Under the pieces are notes generated by a model. The model had not been told where the DNA came from. It was given only the letters and a program-made list of their open reading frames with translations, and searched no databases. Both the position numbers and the translations under genes were made by a program. Below are positions 15,337-28,064 of a stretch of 64,000 nucleotides of DNA, one piece after another. The stretch is from Eledone cirrhosa (lineage: Eukaryota), in NCBI GenBank assembly GCA_964016885.1, contig OZ024766.1, forward strand, positions 14,818,001-14,882,000. Direction: 5' to 3'. The stretch's first letter is position 1. Each line of letters starts with the position of its first letter.

Positions 15337-15373
<37 letters not shown>

Positions 15374-15387
15374 CACACACACATACA

Positions 15388-15520
15388 TACAAGGGTGAGT
15401 CAAAATATAATGCAATTTTTGTCATAGAAAACAACATCATACTTCGGGACTGGGCATATCAAAAGATCAAAATAACGGAGGTAAACTTTGTCCCATCATT
15501 ATGCTTTTCTTGTTTTTCTG
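15388..15520 (+). mobile_element. Mariner-like MITE end; other copies at 30680-30800 and ~33060
   Basis: TA CAAGGGTGAGTCAAAATATAATGCAATTTTT is shared with 30680. Confidence 0.55.
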
Positions 15521-15523
15521 TTC

Positions 15524-15582
15524 AAGTTCTGATGAGATCATAGCTGTGGAATAATGGTTATCATCCGAAATATATATAACTG
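15524..15582 (+). ncRNA. Degenerate minimal hammerhead
   Basis: CTGATGA-GATCATAGC..GTTATCATCC-GAAA-TATATA-TA-ACTG. The stem I register is off by one base. Confidence 0.45.
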
Positions 15583-16539
15583 TGACTATGTATAAACGAA
15601 GTTAATTTTAACCTATTGACTTACACTTCTTGTTTATATATATATGGAGGATATATAAAACAGGAAACAAGAAGGTGTAAATAGCAAGGGGCATAAATAT
15701 GAGGGAAGGGAGATAATTCGACAACATAACATAACTAGTATTTAATAGAATTTAATGTTGAAATACTAAGGAGATATTTAAAGAAAAAGGAAGAGAGGTG
15801 TTAGTATTATACTTAATGGTAGAATAAAAAGTGAATATAGGAGTGAAAAGAAATAGCATGCAAAATTAATGGAGAGGGTTAATATAGGAGGAATCATTAA
15901 AATTGAAATAATTAAGGGGAGTGATGTATATTAAGACAATGGAGGAAAGATAAATAAAAGTATATTATAAAATAAAGGGTAAGAAAATGATAGAAGAAAA
16001 GAAAAGTAAGATTATCATATTTAATGTCCAGGCTATGTATACGAGAGTGTAAGAGGTGAAATTATTAGGTAAATGTTCCTCAAGTGATTAATTTAAGTGT
16101 AGAGTTAAGGGGAGGTCTAGGTTGAGGGTCATACATAGGTGTGAAGAAATAGAGTGAAGAAGAAAAGGAAAGACTAAAGAGATGAAAGGAAAATAGGTGT
16201 TAATAAGTTATGCTAAGGTAAAAGGAGATTCAGCAATAGGAATACTAATTATAAAGATAAAAATAAAATATAGATAGAAATTAAAATATTTTAAAAGAAG
16301 GGGTTTATAAAGATATGGTCAAAGAGTATAAAATTAATCACAAAAGGGGAAAAGGCCTAGATAGGGAGGGTTAATACTAATAAGAAATAGGATAGAGGGA
16401 TATTATAGGAAATGTATTATAAATAAATAATTATAATTCTCACAACTAATCTCCTATCTCTCCTCCTTGGTTAGTTGGTACACATAATATTGATATATAT
16501 ATATATAATGCAAGTATACAAACAGCAATAAATGTAAAG

Positions 16540-17120
16540 TAACTGAGAGAGACGCTGGGTATAAGAGGGATCAGATGCAGTATGCTAGAGTGGAGAATGT
16601 GTTGGTTTGGTCATGTGATGTATATGAAGGACAGCAGTTGTATAAAAAGGTATAAAAAGGTACAGGACGGTCAAAATTGATGGAAGCTATGAAATAGGAA
16701 GACCCAGGAAGACCTGGGATAAGGTGATAAAAGCTGACCTTGCACACTTGCACCTCTCAAAGACAATGACACAGGATCGAGATCACTGGTGTTAAGCAGT
16801 AATATACAATACACACTTTGCCATGTCCACAGACTCATACATCTAGTAGGCACCTCTTACTGTACCCACTCCTCTCCACACTACCTGTACACTGTGAATA
16901 AAACATATCCAGCCCACACTGTAAATGGTTGTGTAAGAGCCACAACAAAAAGCACCCAGCACACATTGTAAATGTGGTTGGCATTAGGAGGGACATCCAG
17001 CTGTAGAAACCTAGCCAGAAACAGTTCTATGTGAGTAAAACAGGGTCACCTGATGCTACTTGCATCAAATGGGACAACCCGTCTAGCCCATGCTAGCATG
17101 AAAAATGGACAGTAAACGAT
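16540..17120 (+). mobile_element. RTE LINE 3' fragment
   Basis: Same ORF-end and 3' UTR motifs as the other RTE copies. Confidence 0.7.
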
Positions 17121-17370
17121 AAAAATTTGTTTTTGTACAAGAAAACACAAATATAGGTGAAGATAGAATAAAAGTTCAAATATAAGATTTATGACTATAA
17201 ACCATTTAGACAGGTTTGAATAACAGAACAGCTTACTCATAAAATTAAGGTGCAAAAGATACAATAAGCTCCTGGGAATTGAACTCAGAACCTTATGATC
17301 ATGAGACAAACACACTAACCACTAAGTCATGAATGGAAATATACAGACAGATTATCAAATAATTACTTAC

Positions 17371-17567
17371 TAAATTCATCCACCGTACATACAGTCATTC
17401 CACACTGTGGACAATGTTCAATTGTGGAACAACATTTTTGACATAGAGTGGATATATTGGTGGCTTTAATAATCTGACATGGAGTGGATTTATTGGTGGC
17501 TTCATTAACCTTACATGGAGTGGATGTATTGGTGGCTTTATTAACCTTACATGGGGGACATACAGAC
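17371..17567 (-). CDS. Ankyrin/RING-like/Death gene, coding exon 4 (degenerate RING-like Cys-rich segment)
   Basis: TTTTACAG acceptor in phase 2 and A|GTAAGT donor in phase 1. Encodes SVCPPCKVNKATNTSTPCKVNEATNKSTPCQIIKATNISTLCQKCCSTIEHCPQCGMTVCTVDEF. Confidence 0.8.
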
Positions 17568-17977
17568 CTGTAAAAGAAAATAAAGATACAACCCACCAAC
17601 AACATTAATTTACACCAAATATTACATTGTATACAAGTTTACAGAGATTATATGTGAAGGGTTTCAACAACCTCTCTAGTATTGGTGACATGATAAAATA
17701 CAACCTGTACACTCTGTAATGTGGTTGCTAATAGGAAGGGCTTCCTGTCATACAAAACTTTCCAAACAAGGGTTAGAGAGGATTCTGTAGTGGTTTCAAA
17801 GACATGGCAACATCCCTAGTGCTGGTGCCATGATTAAATCAGCAGTGCCTTTCATGATGATGATGATGATGCTGATTTATAATAAAAGGTGGGATTTGAA
17901 CTCAGAACGTTCAGGGCCATAACTCTATGCTGCAAAGCATGGTGTTTGACGCTCTACTGATACTGCCAATCCATAAT

Positions 17978-18290
17978 CAATAATAATAATGAAAATTATT
18001 GTGTACAATGCTCAGGTGCACTACAACTCATCAAAGGTTCATGTATTGTACATAGAGTAATGTAAAAATATCAGGAAAGTGAACAGTGATTGAGTCATGA
18101 TATACACACACATGCGTGCATGTATGGAGGTGAGGATATCAGGTGTAGTGTTGGAGAATTTCAGGAAGGATGGAGGTGTTAAAGGATGCAGTGTCCTGAC
18201 AGCTAACAACTGATGCAGGTAGTTGGTTCCATGCTTCAGTAACTCTGAGCATGAAAAGATGTTTCTGAAAGTCATGGGGTCTGTACTGTT
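17978..18290 (-). mobile_element. Older CR1 3'-end fragment
   Basis: Homologous to 57580-57845 (AATGAAA..TTATTGTGTA..GCTCAGGTGCACTACAACTC; CAGCTAACAACTGATGCAGG). Confidence 0.8.
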
Positions 18291-18399
18291 TTCCTGCTAT
18301 TTCTTGGCTTAAAGCAGAAATCAGTTGTCAAACTTCCACAACTTCTGTATTGAGGGTCTATTTTTTGTTGTTGTTGTTGATGTTCTTCAACAGGAATGG

Positions 18400-18700
18400 T
18401 AGGGGAAGACATGGTAGTTGGTTTGTGTTGTTGTTCAACAGCAATGGTATAGGAAGACACACAGGCCAGGGACTGAAAGGACCAATTTGGTAGCTGCACC
18501 TTTTCCTAGAATCCATCCATCATCGAAATAGGGTGTCTCTTTTTTTGACCTGGGATCTTTGGAATGTTTATGGCACATTGACGACAGAGAGAAACGTGAC
18601 ATTTACCACATTGAATCTATTTTGGAAATAGTTCTTGGGTTCGGTACATAGATGACAGACGTGATTTTCCTGGCAATCTTCTATTTTGGGACAGAGAACA
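18400..18700 (+). mobile_element. Degenerate Penelope-like RT remnant
   Basis: WVRYIDD at 18636-18656. The surrounding frame is broken. Confidence 0.4.
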
Positions 18701-19004
18701 GTTTTATTACACACCCCTCATCTATGGATGTCACCATAGCAATTATGTTCTGTCTGTCCATCCATACAATACAACAATAGGTAAACAAATAGATATGTCT
18801 AAGTATAACACACTTGTTAAGGAGATCAATAAAATATATTTTCTTTCTGTTTTCCTATTCTACGTGTGTGTGTATATAAAAAGATCTACACATGTATATA
18901 TAATTAAGAGATGTATATAGGCTAGAAATGAAGTCTATGTCCAGTGTTTATAATGTAGGTACGATAGTTACTATAGTTTCTCACACACGAAACAGGATTT
19001 CCTT

Positions 19005-19148
19005 GCACTATGTGTGTATATATATGTGTGTGTGTATGTATATATATATGTGTGTGTGTATGTATATATATATGTGTGTGTATGTATATAGATATGTGTG
19101 TGTATATATATATAGGTGTGTGTGTGTATATATATATATATATGTGTG

Positions 19149-19209
<61 letters not shown>

Positions 19210-19238
19210 ATCTACATATATATGTGTGTGTATCTAGG

Positions 19239-19277
<39 letters not shown>

Positions 19278-19306
19278 ATCTACATATATATGTGTGTGTA
19301 TCTAGG

Positions 19307-19339
<33 letters not shown>

Positions 19340-20756
19340 ATCTACATATATGTGTGTGTGTGTGTGTGTCTGTACATATATATATATATATGTGTGTATA
19401 TACATATATATATATATATATGTACAGACACACACACACACATATATATATACCTAGATACACACACACACACACACACATATATCTACATATATACATA
19501 TATGTGTGTGTGTGTGTGTATCTACATATATGTGTGTGTGTGTGTGTATCTACATATATATACATACATATGTGTGTCTGTGTATCTACATACATATATG
19601 TGTGTGTGTGTGTATCTACATATGTGTGTGTGTGTGTGTATCTACATATGTGTGTGTGTGTATCTACATATATGTGTGTGTGTGTATCCACATGTGTGTG
19701 TATCTACATGTGTGTGTGTGTATCTACATGTGTGTGTGTGTCTACATATGTGTGTGTGTGTGTATCTACGTATATGTGTATATCTACATATATGTGTGTG
19801 TGTATATCTACATATATGTGTGTGTGTGTATCTACATATGTGTGTGTGTGTGTATCTACATATATGTGTGTGTGTGTGTGTGTATCTACATATGTGTGTG
19901 TGTATCTACATATATATATGTGTGTGTGTGTGTGTGTATCTACATATGTGTGTGTGTATCTACATATATATGTGTGTGTGCGTGTATCTACATATATGTG
20001 TGTGTGTATCTACATACATGTGCGTGTGTGTGTATCTACATATGTGTGTGTGTGTATCTACATATATGTGTGTGTGTGTATCTACATATATGTGTGTGTG
20101 TGTATCTACATATATATGTGTGTGTGTGTATCTACATATATGTGTGTGTGTGTATCTACATGTATGTGTGTGTGTGTGTATCTACATATATGTGTGTGTG
20201 TGTATATCTACATATATATGTGTGTGTATGTGTATCTACATATGTGTGTGTGTGTATATCTACATATATATGTGTGTGTGTATCTACATATATGTGTGTG
20301 TGTGTGTATATCTACATATATATGTGTGTGTGTATCTACATATATGTGTGTGTGTATCTACATATGTGTGTGTGTATCTACATATATGTGTGTGTGTGTA
20401 TATCTACATATATATGTGTGTGTGTGTATCTACATATGTGTGTATGTGTATCTACACATATGTGTGTGTGTGTGTATATCTACATATATATGTGTGTGTG
20501 TATCTACATATATATGTGTGTATGTGTGTGTGTCTACATATATGTGTGTGTGTTTGTATCTACATATATGTGTGTGTGTGTATCTACATATGTGTGTGTG
20601 TGTGTATCTACATATGTGTGTGTGTGTATATCTACATATATATGTGTGTGTGTGTATCTACATATATATATGTGTGTGTGTGTATCTACATATATATATG
20701 TGTATATGTGTGTGTATCTACATATATGTGTGTGTGTGTGTGTGTGTATCTACATA

Positions 20757-20788
<32 letters not shown>

Positions 20789-22445
20789 TGTGTGTGTATC
20801 TACATATATATGTGTGTGTGTGTGTGTATCTACATATATATGTGTGTGTGTGTATATCTACATATATGTGTGTATGTGTATCTACATATATGTGTGTGTG
20901 TATCTACATATATATATATGTGTGTATGTGTGTGTATCTACATATGTGTGTGTGTATGTGTATCTACATATGTGTGTGTGTATATCTACATATATATGTT
21001 TGTGTGTGTGTATATCTACATATGTGTGTCTGTGTGTGTATGTGTGTATATCTATATATATCTGTGTGTGTATCTACATATGTGTGTGTGTGTGTATCTA
21101 CACATATGTGTGTGTGTGTATATCTACATATATATGTGTGTGTGTGTGTATCTACATATATGTGTGTGTGTGTGTGTATCTACATATATGTATGTGTGTG
21201 TATCTACATATGTGTGTGTGTGTGTGTGTGTATCTACATATATGTGTGTGTGTATATCTACATATATGTGTGTGTGTGTGTAACTACATATGTGTGTGTG
21301 TGTATCTACATATATGTGTGTGTGTATATCTACATATGTGTGTGTGTGTGTGTATATCTACATATATGTGTGTGTGTGTGTATCTACATATATATATGTG
21401 TGTGTGTGTGTATCTACATATATATGTGTGTGTGTATCTACATATGTGTGTGTGTGTGTGTGTGTATCTACATATATGTGTGTGTGTGTGTGTATCTACA
21501 TATGGGTGTGTGTGTGTATCTACATATCTACATACATATGTGTGTGTGTGTACATATGTGTGTGTGTGTATCTACATACATATATGTGTGTGTGTGTGTG
21601 TATCTACATGTGTGTGTGTGTCTACATACGTGTGTGTGTGTATCTACGTATATATGTGTGTGTGTGTGTGTATCTACATACATATGTGTGTCTGTGTGTA
21701 TCTACATGTGTGTGTATATCTACATATATGTGTGTGCGTGTGTGTATCTACATATATGTGTGTGTGTGTGTATCTACATACATATGTGTGTGTGTGTGTA
21801 TCTACATACATATGTGTGTATATCTACATATGTGTGTGTGTGTATCTACATATGTGTATGTGTGTGTATCTATATATGTGTGTGTGTGTGTATCTACATA
21901 TATGTGTGTGTGTGTGTGTATCTACATATATGTGTGTGTGTATCTACATATATATGTGTGTGTGTGTATATCTACATATATGTGTGTGTATGTGTGTGTG
22001 TGTGTGTATCTACATATGGGTGTGTGTGTGTGTATCTACATACATGTGTGTGCGTGTACATATATGTGTGTGTGTGTGTATGTACACATGTGTGTGTGTG
22101 TGTGTATATCTACATATGTGTGTGTGTGTGTGTGTATCTACACATGTGTGTGTGTGTGTGTATGTACATATGTGTGTGTGTGTGTGTGTGTATCTACATA
22201 TGTGTGTGTGTGTGTGTGTGTATGTACACATGTGTGTGCGTGTGTGTGTATGTACACATGTGTGTGTGTGTGTACACATGTGTGTGTGTGTGTGTATGTA
22301 CATATGTGTGTGTGTGTGTGTGTGTATCTACATATGTGTGTGTGTGTGTGTGTGTATGTACACATGTGTGTGTGTGTGTGTGTATGTACACATGTGTGTG
22401 TGTGTGTGTGTGTATGTACACATGTGTGTGTGTGTGTGTACATGT
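19005..22445. repeat. Compound (TG)n/TATCTACATA satellite, ~3.4 kb, intronic
   Basis: Seen directly. It is the source of the 673, 993 and 1045 aa artefact ORFs. Confidence 0.97.
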
Positions 22446-22615
22446 TGTTGTTTAGACAATACTTACAGCAGTAAGTATATGTATTAAGTCCCATCATTAA
22501 AGAGACAACATAAGGAGGCCCCATGGTGGCATTTTGACATTAATGGCTGAATAAAAACCAGAGATTATTGAGTAAAAGAAAGAAATGTTGATATTCCATA
22601 TCATTGTTAACTTAC

Positions 22616-22962
22616 TGTTCCATTGTTCCTCCTGCAGCTCTGTCACCTGGAACAGGGCTGGCATGAGACCCCAACATCTCTATTATAGCTCGGTGTCCTA
22701 CACGTTTGGCCCATTCTAAAGCTGTCAGACCTTCGTCATTTACAATACTTAAGTCTATTTCTGGCCTTGACAGCAACACCGCCACAACCTCTGTATCTCC
22801 CCAATATACAGCCCTATGTAAAGGCGTATTACCATAACAATCCCTCATATTCAGGTCAGCTCCCCCGGCTATCAATAGCTTTACCATGGCAACACTCCCC
22901 CTCCTCCACCACCCTACAGCCAGATGTAAAGGTGTTGACCCCTTTCTATTTCCTTGATTGAT
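22616..22962 (-). CDS. Ankyrin/RING-like/Death gene, coding exon 3 (ankyrin repeats 3-5 and linker)
   Basis: TTTTCAG acceptor (phase 0) and CA|GTAAG donor (phase 2). Contains GSTPLHLAV, GNTPLHRAV and GLTALEWA ankyrin motifs. Confidence 0.92.
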
Positions 22963-23728
22963 CTGAAAATGTAAAAATATATTAAATATGGTGGGAGTGA
23001 GAGTGAAGGGGAGAGTATGTAGTAAGAGAGGGGGCGAGTGGAGGTGTGGGGAGAGAATTAACAATAGACGAGAGAGAGAGAGAGGGGAAGAGAGAGTGAG
23101 AGCGGTAAATAGAGAGTGAGTAAGACAGAGTAAAAGAGTGAGAGAGAGGGAGAAATAGAGAGCGAGGGGAGAAAAGAGGGAGAGAGAGAGGAAGAAAAGT
23201 GAGAGAGAAAGAGAGAGTGAGAAATTCGTATCTGTAACCCCCCCCCCGTCCTTCTTAGATTTTTGTATTAAATAAATAGATTAATTCACACACACACACA
23301 CACACACGTAGACAGATACACATACACACAGAAATACATAGAAAGATACACATATATACTCACACACAGACACATACATACATACATACACAGACACATT
23401 CGTAGACCGATACACACGTATATACACACAGACAGTAACACACATACACACACAGACAGTCACACACGGACACACAGACAGACACACACATACACACACA
23501 CAGACAGTCACACACACACACACAGACACACACACACGGACACACAGACACAAACAAATCCATACAGAGTGGTAGTAGCAGTAAGAGTAGACAACAGTGA
23601 TAGTAGGAGGAAGGTGTGACGTCATAAGATAGACGCTACAGAAAAAAATGGTGGAAATATGTAAATGTCTCTAATTTGAGTTAAGTTTGACTTATTTCTC
23701 TCATTTAATGACAGAAATATGACAATAA

Positions 23729-24507
23729 TCTATATATATAATTCCCGTTCTGTGTGTGTGTAAAAGAGTTTCACTTGGAAAATATTCCATCCATCTCTGT
23801 CAAATTAAACACATAGCCAAAATAGGCTACGGTCTGTAACATAAAGAAAAAATTATTTCATAATGATTAATTTCGAAGTCACAAACTTCGATTTTATAAT
23901 CTTATAGGCTTTTGCACTAACAAATTCCATGACGGCCATTAAAGAGAGAGAGCGTTCCTTTTACACACTTCTTAACTGTCCCCCTTCCACAACACGACGT
24001 TATGGGATGGTATGTGTATGTGCGTGTGTATATGTGTGTGTATGTGTTTGTGTGTGTATGTGTGCGTGCATGTGTGTGTGTGTGTAATTTCCATAACGGC
24101 CAGAGAGAGAAGGATGTGTGAGAAGGGGATAGAAAGCGAGGAGTGAAAGAGAGAGAGAGAGTAAAATAAAGAAAGAGAGGAGTGTGTGTGACTTAACTCT
24201 CCCCCTTCCACAACGTCACGTCTTGGGATTATGTGTGTGTGTATGTGTGTGTACGTGTGTGTATGTGTTGTGTGTGTGTGTACGTGCGTATGTGTGTGCA
24301 TGTGTGCATGTGTGTATGTGTGTGTGTATGTGTATAAATGTGTTAATCGTAAGAAATAACAGACGATACTTTAGCGATAAATACAGTGTTTATAATTTTA
24401 ACTTATTTATTACACTTAACTCTCCCCCTTCCACAACGTCACGTCTTGGGAGTGTGTGTGTATGTGTGTATGTTTGTGTATGTGTGTGTATGTGTGTATG
24501 TTTGTGT

Positions 24508-24566
<59 letters not shown>

Positions 24567-26697
24567 AATGTGTTAATTGTAAGAAATAACAGACGATACT
24601 TTTTATTCAAAAAATTAAACTCTAAAGCAGTTTTGATGTCATAAATCATATTTTCAAAGTGAAAATCGTCATTTCTTTAATACTTATTCAGAGGTTGAAA
24701 TATATTTACTGTTTGTCTTTTGGTTTTTAATCAAATATTTACACATTGCTCAACCGACACTGCTAAACACGATATTAGCAAAATTATTTTGTAAGTATGA
24801 AAATCTAATCATATTTTCGGTAGAATGCCTCGAAAAAGAAAGAGTAACATTGGAAAAAAAACAAAAAATGCTTTTGCTTTGCGTTCTTTGCGCGCAAGCG
24901 AAACAGAAGAACAATGTGTGCTACGGCGTGCTCGCAATGCTGCTTCTACCTCGATCGCCAGAGCATTACAAACAACTGAACAAGCAGAACTCCAGCGTGC
25001 TCACAATGCTGCTTCTACTTTGAACATCAGAGCATTACAGAAAGCTGAACAAGCAGAACTCCGGCGTGCTCGCAATGCTGCTTCTAATTCCAATAGCCGT
25101 GCTTTAGAGACTGTTGACCAAAGGGCAACAAGGCTTGCGGCTGATTCTCAACGGAAAATGCGTACTTATGTCTTTCCGAGGGATTCTTCCTGTTACTGGT
25201 CTAAGAAAGGTTTTCAATACAACCCCCAAGAGGACTACGCATCCCATCCACATATCATCATTGGTAGTATGTCAACTGTTTGCGTCCATTGTAATGCAAT
25301 GAGGTGGCCAGCGGAATCTACCGGTATATGTTGCTCCAATGGAACGGTTAGATTGCCTTATTTACAAGTCGGTGCCGAACCTTTGAATTCTTTGCTGCTT
25401 GGAGACCACCCTGATTCTAAACACTTTTTCAGAAATATAAGAGCCTACAATTCGGCTTTCCAAATGACAAGCTTTGGTCATACACCAATAAAAGATGCGA
25501 ATTATATGCCCACATTTAAAGTGCAAGGCCAAATTTACCATCAAATAGAATCACTTATTCCACAAGATGGCAAAGAACACAGTTTTCTCCAGATCTACTT
25601 TATGGGCAACGGACCTGAAGAAATTGCACGAAGGGCTTCAGTTGCTAAAGGAACGACACCTTCTCTTCTGCAGCCCCTTCAATATATGCTTCATTCCATA
25701 AACCCGTACATCACCATTTTCAAAACAGCTTTACAACGTAGAGATGCTAACAACAATCAATACAAGGTTGTCATTCGAAATGACCGCGATCCACCAGGGC
25801 AACATCAGGGTTGCTTTAATAGACCCCAAACCGATGAAGTTGCGGTGATTATAACACGTCCTAATCAGAGCGCTTCAAACCGTGATATTGTTATTGAATG
25901 GCAGGACTCGCATCTTCAAAAAATAAATGAACTTCATCCCGCATATGATGCTCTCCAGTATCCATTGCTGTTCCCCTTTGGCGACGATGGCTACCGCATT
26001 GATTTGCAAAAGTGTAATCCTGTAAGTTTAATGCCTCTTACACCAGGGAAAACCATTTCACAAATGGAATTTTATGCATTTGTGAAAAACGACGTCAACA
26101 TTCTGCATAGAACACGGATGCTCCACAATCAATACTGTGTAGACATATTTGCTAAGATTGACACTGAACGCCTCCAATGGATAAGACATCATCAAAAGGA
26201 ACTGCGTTCAGAAGAATACGGCAATCTACGTGACAAAGTAAACCGAAATGATCAGGCTAATGCTTCGGATGTTGGGCTTTCTGTCATTCTCCCATCATCA
26301 TACACTGGAGGCCCCCGTTACATGCATGAAAAAATGCAGGATACTCTGACCTATGTCCGCCATTGTGGCCGTCCTGATCTTTTTATCACCTTTACATGCA
26401 ATCCAAAATGGTTTGACATCCAGTCTCATTTACTGTTTGTCTTTCGGTTATTAATAAAAAAAATTACACATTGTTCAACCGACACGGCTAACGATACATT
26501 TCTCTATGTTCACATTTTAATGACACATATCTGTAAATAAAACTTGCTCTTTTTGAATACCGTCTCATTTTGTTTTATTGAAAGAGTTGTCAGGTAAAAT
26601 TATCCTCCAAGTTAAACATACAACACGGAAATTGACCATTAACATTGCAGCCCTACCAAGAACTGACACCGCCCAATGGACGGGGGTCATTTGCTAG
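23729..26697 (+). mobile_element. Helitron, internally deleted (non-autonomous), intronic
   Basis: 5' A|TCTATATATATAA, subterminal GC hairpin (26664-26689), 3' CTAG|T, no TSD. Contains a truncated RepHel ORF. Confidence 0.85.
24825..26540 (+). CDS. Truncated Helitron Rep/helicase (N-terminal region to Rep motif 1)
   Basis: Motifs C..C.A..W..E....CC..G.V, YNSAFQMTSFG, FKVQGQIYH, YDALQYPLLFPFG, ILPSSYTGGPRYM and PDLFITFTCNPKW. Homology ends near 26420, with no HUH/Tyr or helicase motifs. Confidence 0.9.
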   Translation: MPRKRKSNIGKKTKNAFALRSLRASETEEQCVLRRARNAASTSIARALQTTEQAELQRAHNAASTLNIRALQKAEQAELRRARNAASNSNSRALETVDQRATRLAADSQRKMRTYVFPRDSSCYWSKKGFQYNPQEDYASHPHIIIGSMSTVCVHCNAMRWPAESTGICCSNGTVRLPYLQVGAEPLNSLLLGDHPDSKHFFRNIRAYNSAFQMTSFGHTPIKDANYMPTFKVQGQIYHQIESLIPQDGKEHSFLQIYFMGNGPEEIARRASVAKGTTPSLLQPLQYMLHSINPYITIFKTALQRRDANNNQYKVVIRNDRDPPGQHQGCFNRPQTDEVAVIITRPNQSASNRDIVIEWQDSHLQKINELHPAYDALQYPLLFPFGDDGYRIDLQKCNPVSLMPLTPGKTISQMEFYAFVKNDVNILHRTRMLHNQYCVDIFAKIDTERLQWIRHHQKELRSEEYGNLRDKVNRNDQANASDVGLSVILPSSYTGGPRYMHEKMQDTLTYVRHCGRPDLFITFTCNPKWFDIQSHLLFVFRLLIKKITHCSTDTANDTFLYVHILMTHICK

Positions 26698-27161
26698 TTA
26701 AATATAAATTAACAACATGTTGCCAATGGATTCTCTACATTTTATTTTGTCTCTCTTGGAAAACTATTTCCATGTGAAAAGAAAGGTTTAATTTGTCGTC
26801 TGTTTGACAGGGTCTTTATTGAGGGGGGTGCAAGACAGATGTGGTGGCAGTGTTAGTAGAAAATTACAGAGAGAGTGAGGGAGGTGTTTATTGATAGTGG
26901 CGAAGGTGGAGAACGAGAGGGAAGGCAGGGAGGGGGAGGTAATGAGAGAGAGACAGGGAGAGGGAGGGAACGAGAGAGAGAGAGAAAAAGAGAAAGAGGG
27001 ATGGAAAGAAAGAGAGAGAGGTAAGAAGTTAGAGAGAATGAGGAAAGTGTATCTGTCTGTGTGGATGTCTGTCAGTCTAGCATATAGTTGACAAGGGAGA
27101 TAATCAATTGGACAAACTTGGTGATATTTCGTTTTGAAAGAACATTTTTTGAGAGAGTGAG

Positions 27162-27198
<37 letters not shown>

Positions 27199-27201
27199 AC
27201 A

Positions 27202-27300
<99 letters not shown>

Positions 27301-27325
27301 GAGAGAGGGGGAGAGAGAGAGAACA

Positions 27326-27358
<33 letters not shown>

Positions 27359-27361
27359 ACA

Positions 27362-27410
<49 letters not shown>

Positions 27411-27627
27411 GATAAATATATAAATAGAGTGAGGGTGAGAGATAGATAGCTAGGTAGACAGACAGATAGATAGATAAATTGCCTAGGGTAGATAGGTGGA
27501 TATTATAGATAGATTGATAAATATACAATGATTTGGAAATATTTTCAGTATTTATCAATAGTGATGGTCATATTGAACAATAATCAATAGAATCAGACAA
27601 ATCTACAGAGTGTATATGTTGACCCAC

Positions 27628-27775
27628 CTTAATAGCAGGTGTGTTCATTAACAACTGTGCAATATCTGTACAGTCCTTAATGACGGCCATGTGGAGTGGA
27701 GTATACCCGTCTTCATCCTGACAATTTACATCCACTCCAGAGGACAGCAAGGATTTCACCTTTTTATAGTTTTTT
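27628..27775 (-). CDS. Ankyrin/RING-like/Death gene, coding exon 2 (ankyrin repeats 1-2)
   Basis: TTTCAG acceptor and AAG|GTGGGT donor. Encodes QKNYKKVKSLLSSGVDVNCQDEDGYTPLHMAVIKDCTDIAQLLMNTPAIK with the G-x-TPLH ankyrin consensus. Confidence 0.9.
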
Positions 27776-28064
27776 CTGAAAGTAGTAGAAATAAATACAA
27801 ATACACATATATAGGAAATGAAGGCACATGGCTTAGTGGTTAGTGTGTTCTACTGAAGATCATAAGGTTGTGAGTTTGAGTCCTGGGGATGGCTTGTGTC
27901 CTTGAGCAAGACATTTTATTACATGATGATCCAGTCTACTCAGCTAGCAAAACTGAGTTGTACCAGTAATACAAAGGGTCAGCCTTGTTAATCTGCTTAT
28001 CCTTGAGAACTACAATAAAGGTACACATTCATGTCTGTAAAGTGGTTGGTGATAGGAAGGGCAT

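Noticed and set aside
19010-22524. Very long ORFs (673, 993, 1045 aa) rich in C/V/Y/I
   Set aside because: They are translations of the (TG)n/TATCTACA satellite and are open in several frames.
26788-27558. 256-aa Ser/Leu ORF
   Set aside because: (GA)n microsatellite.
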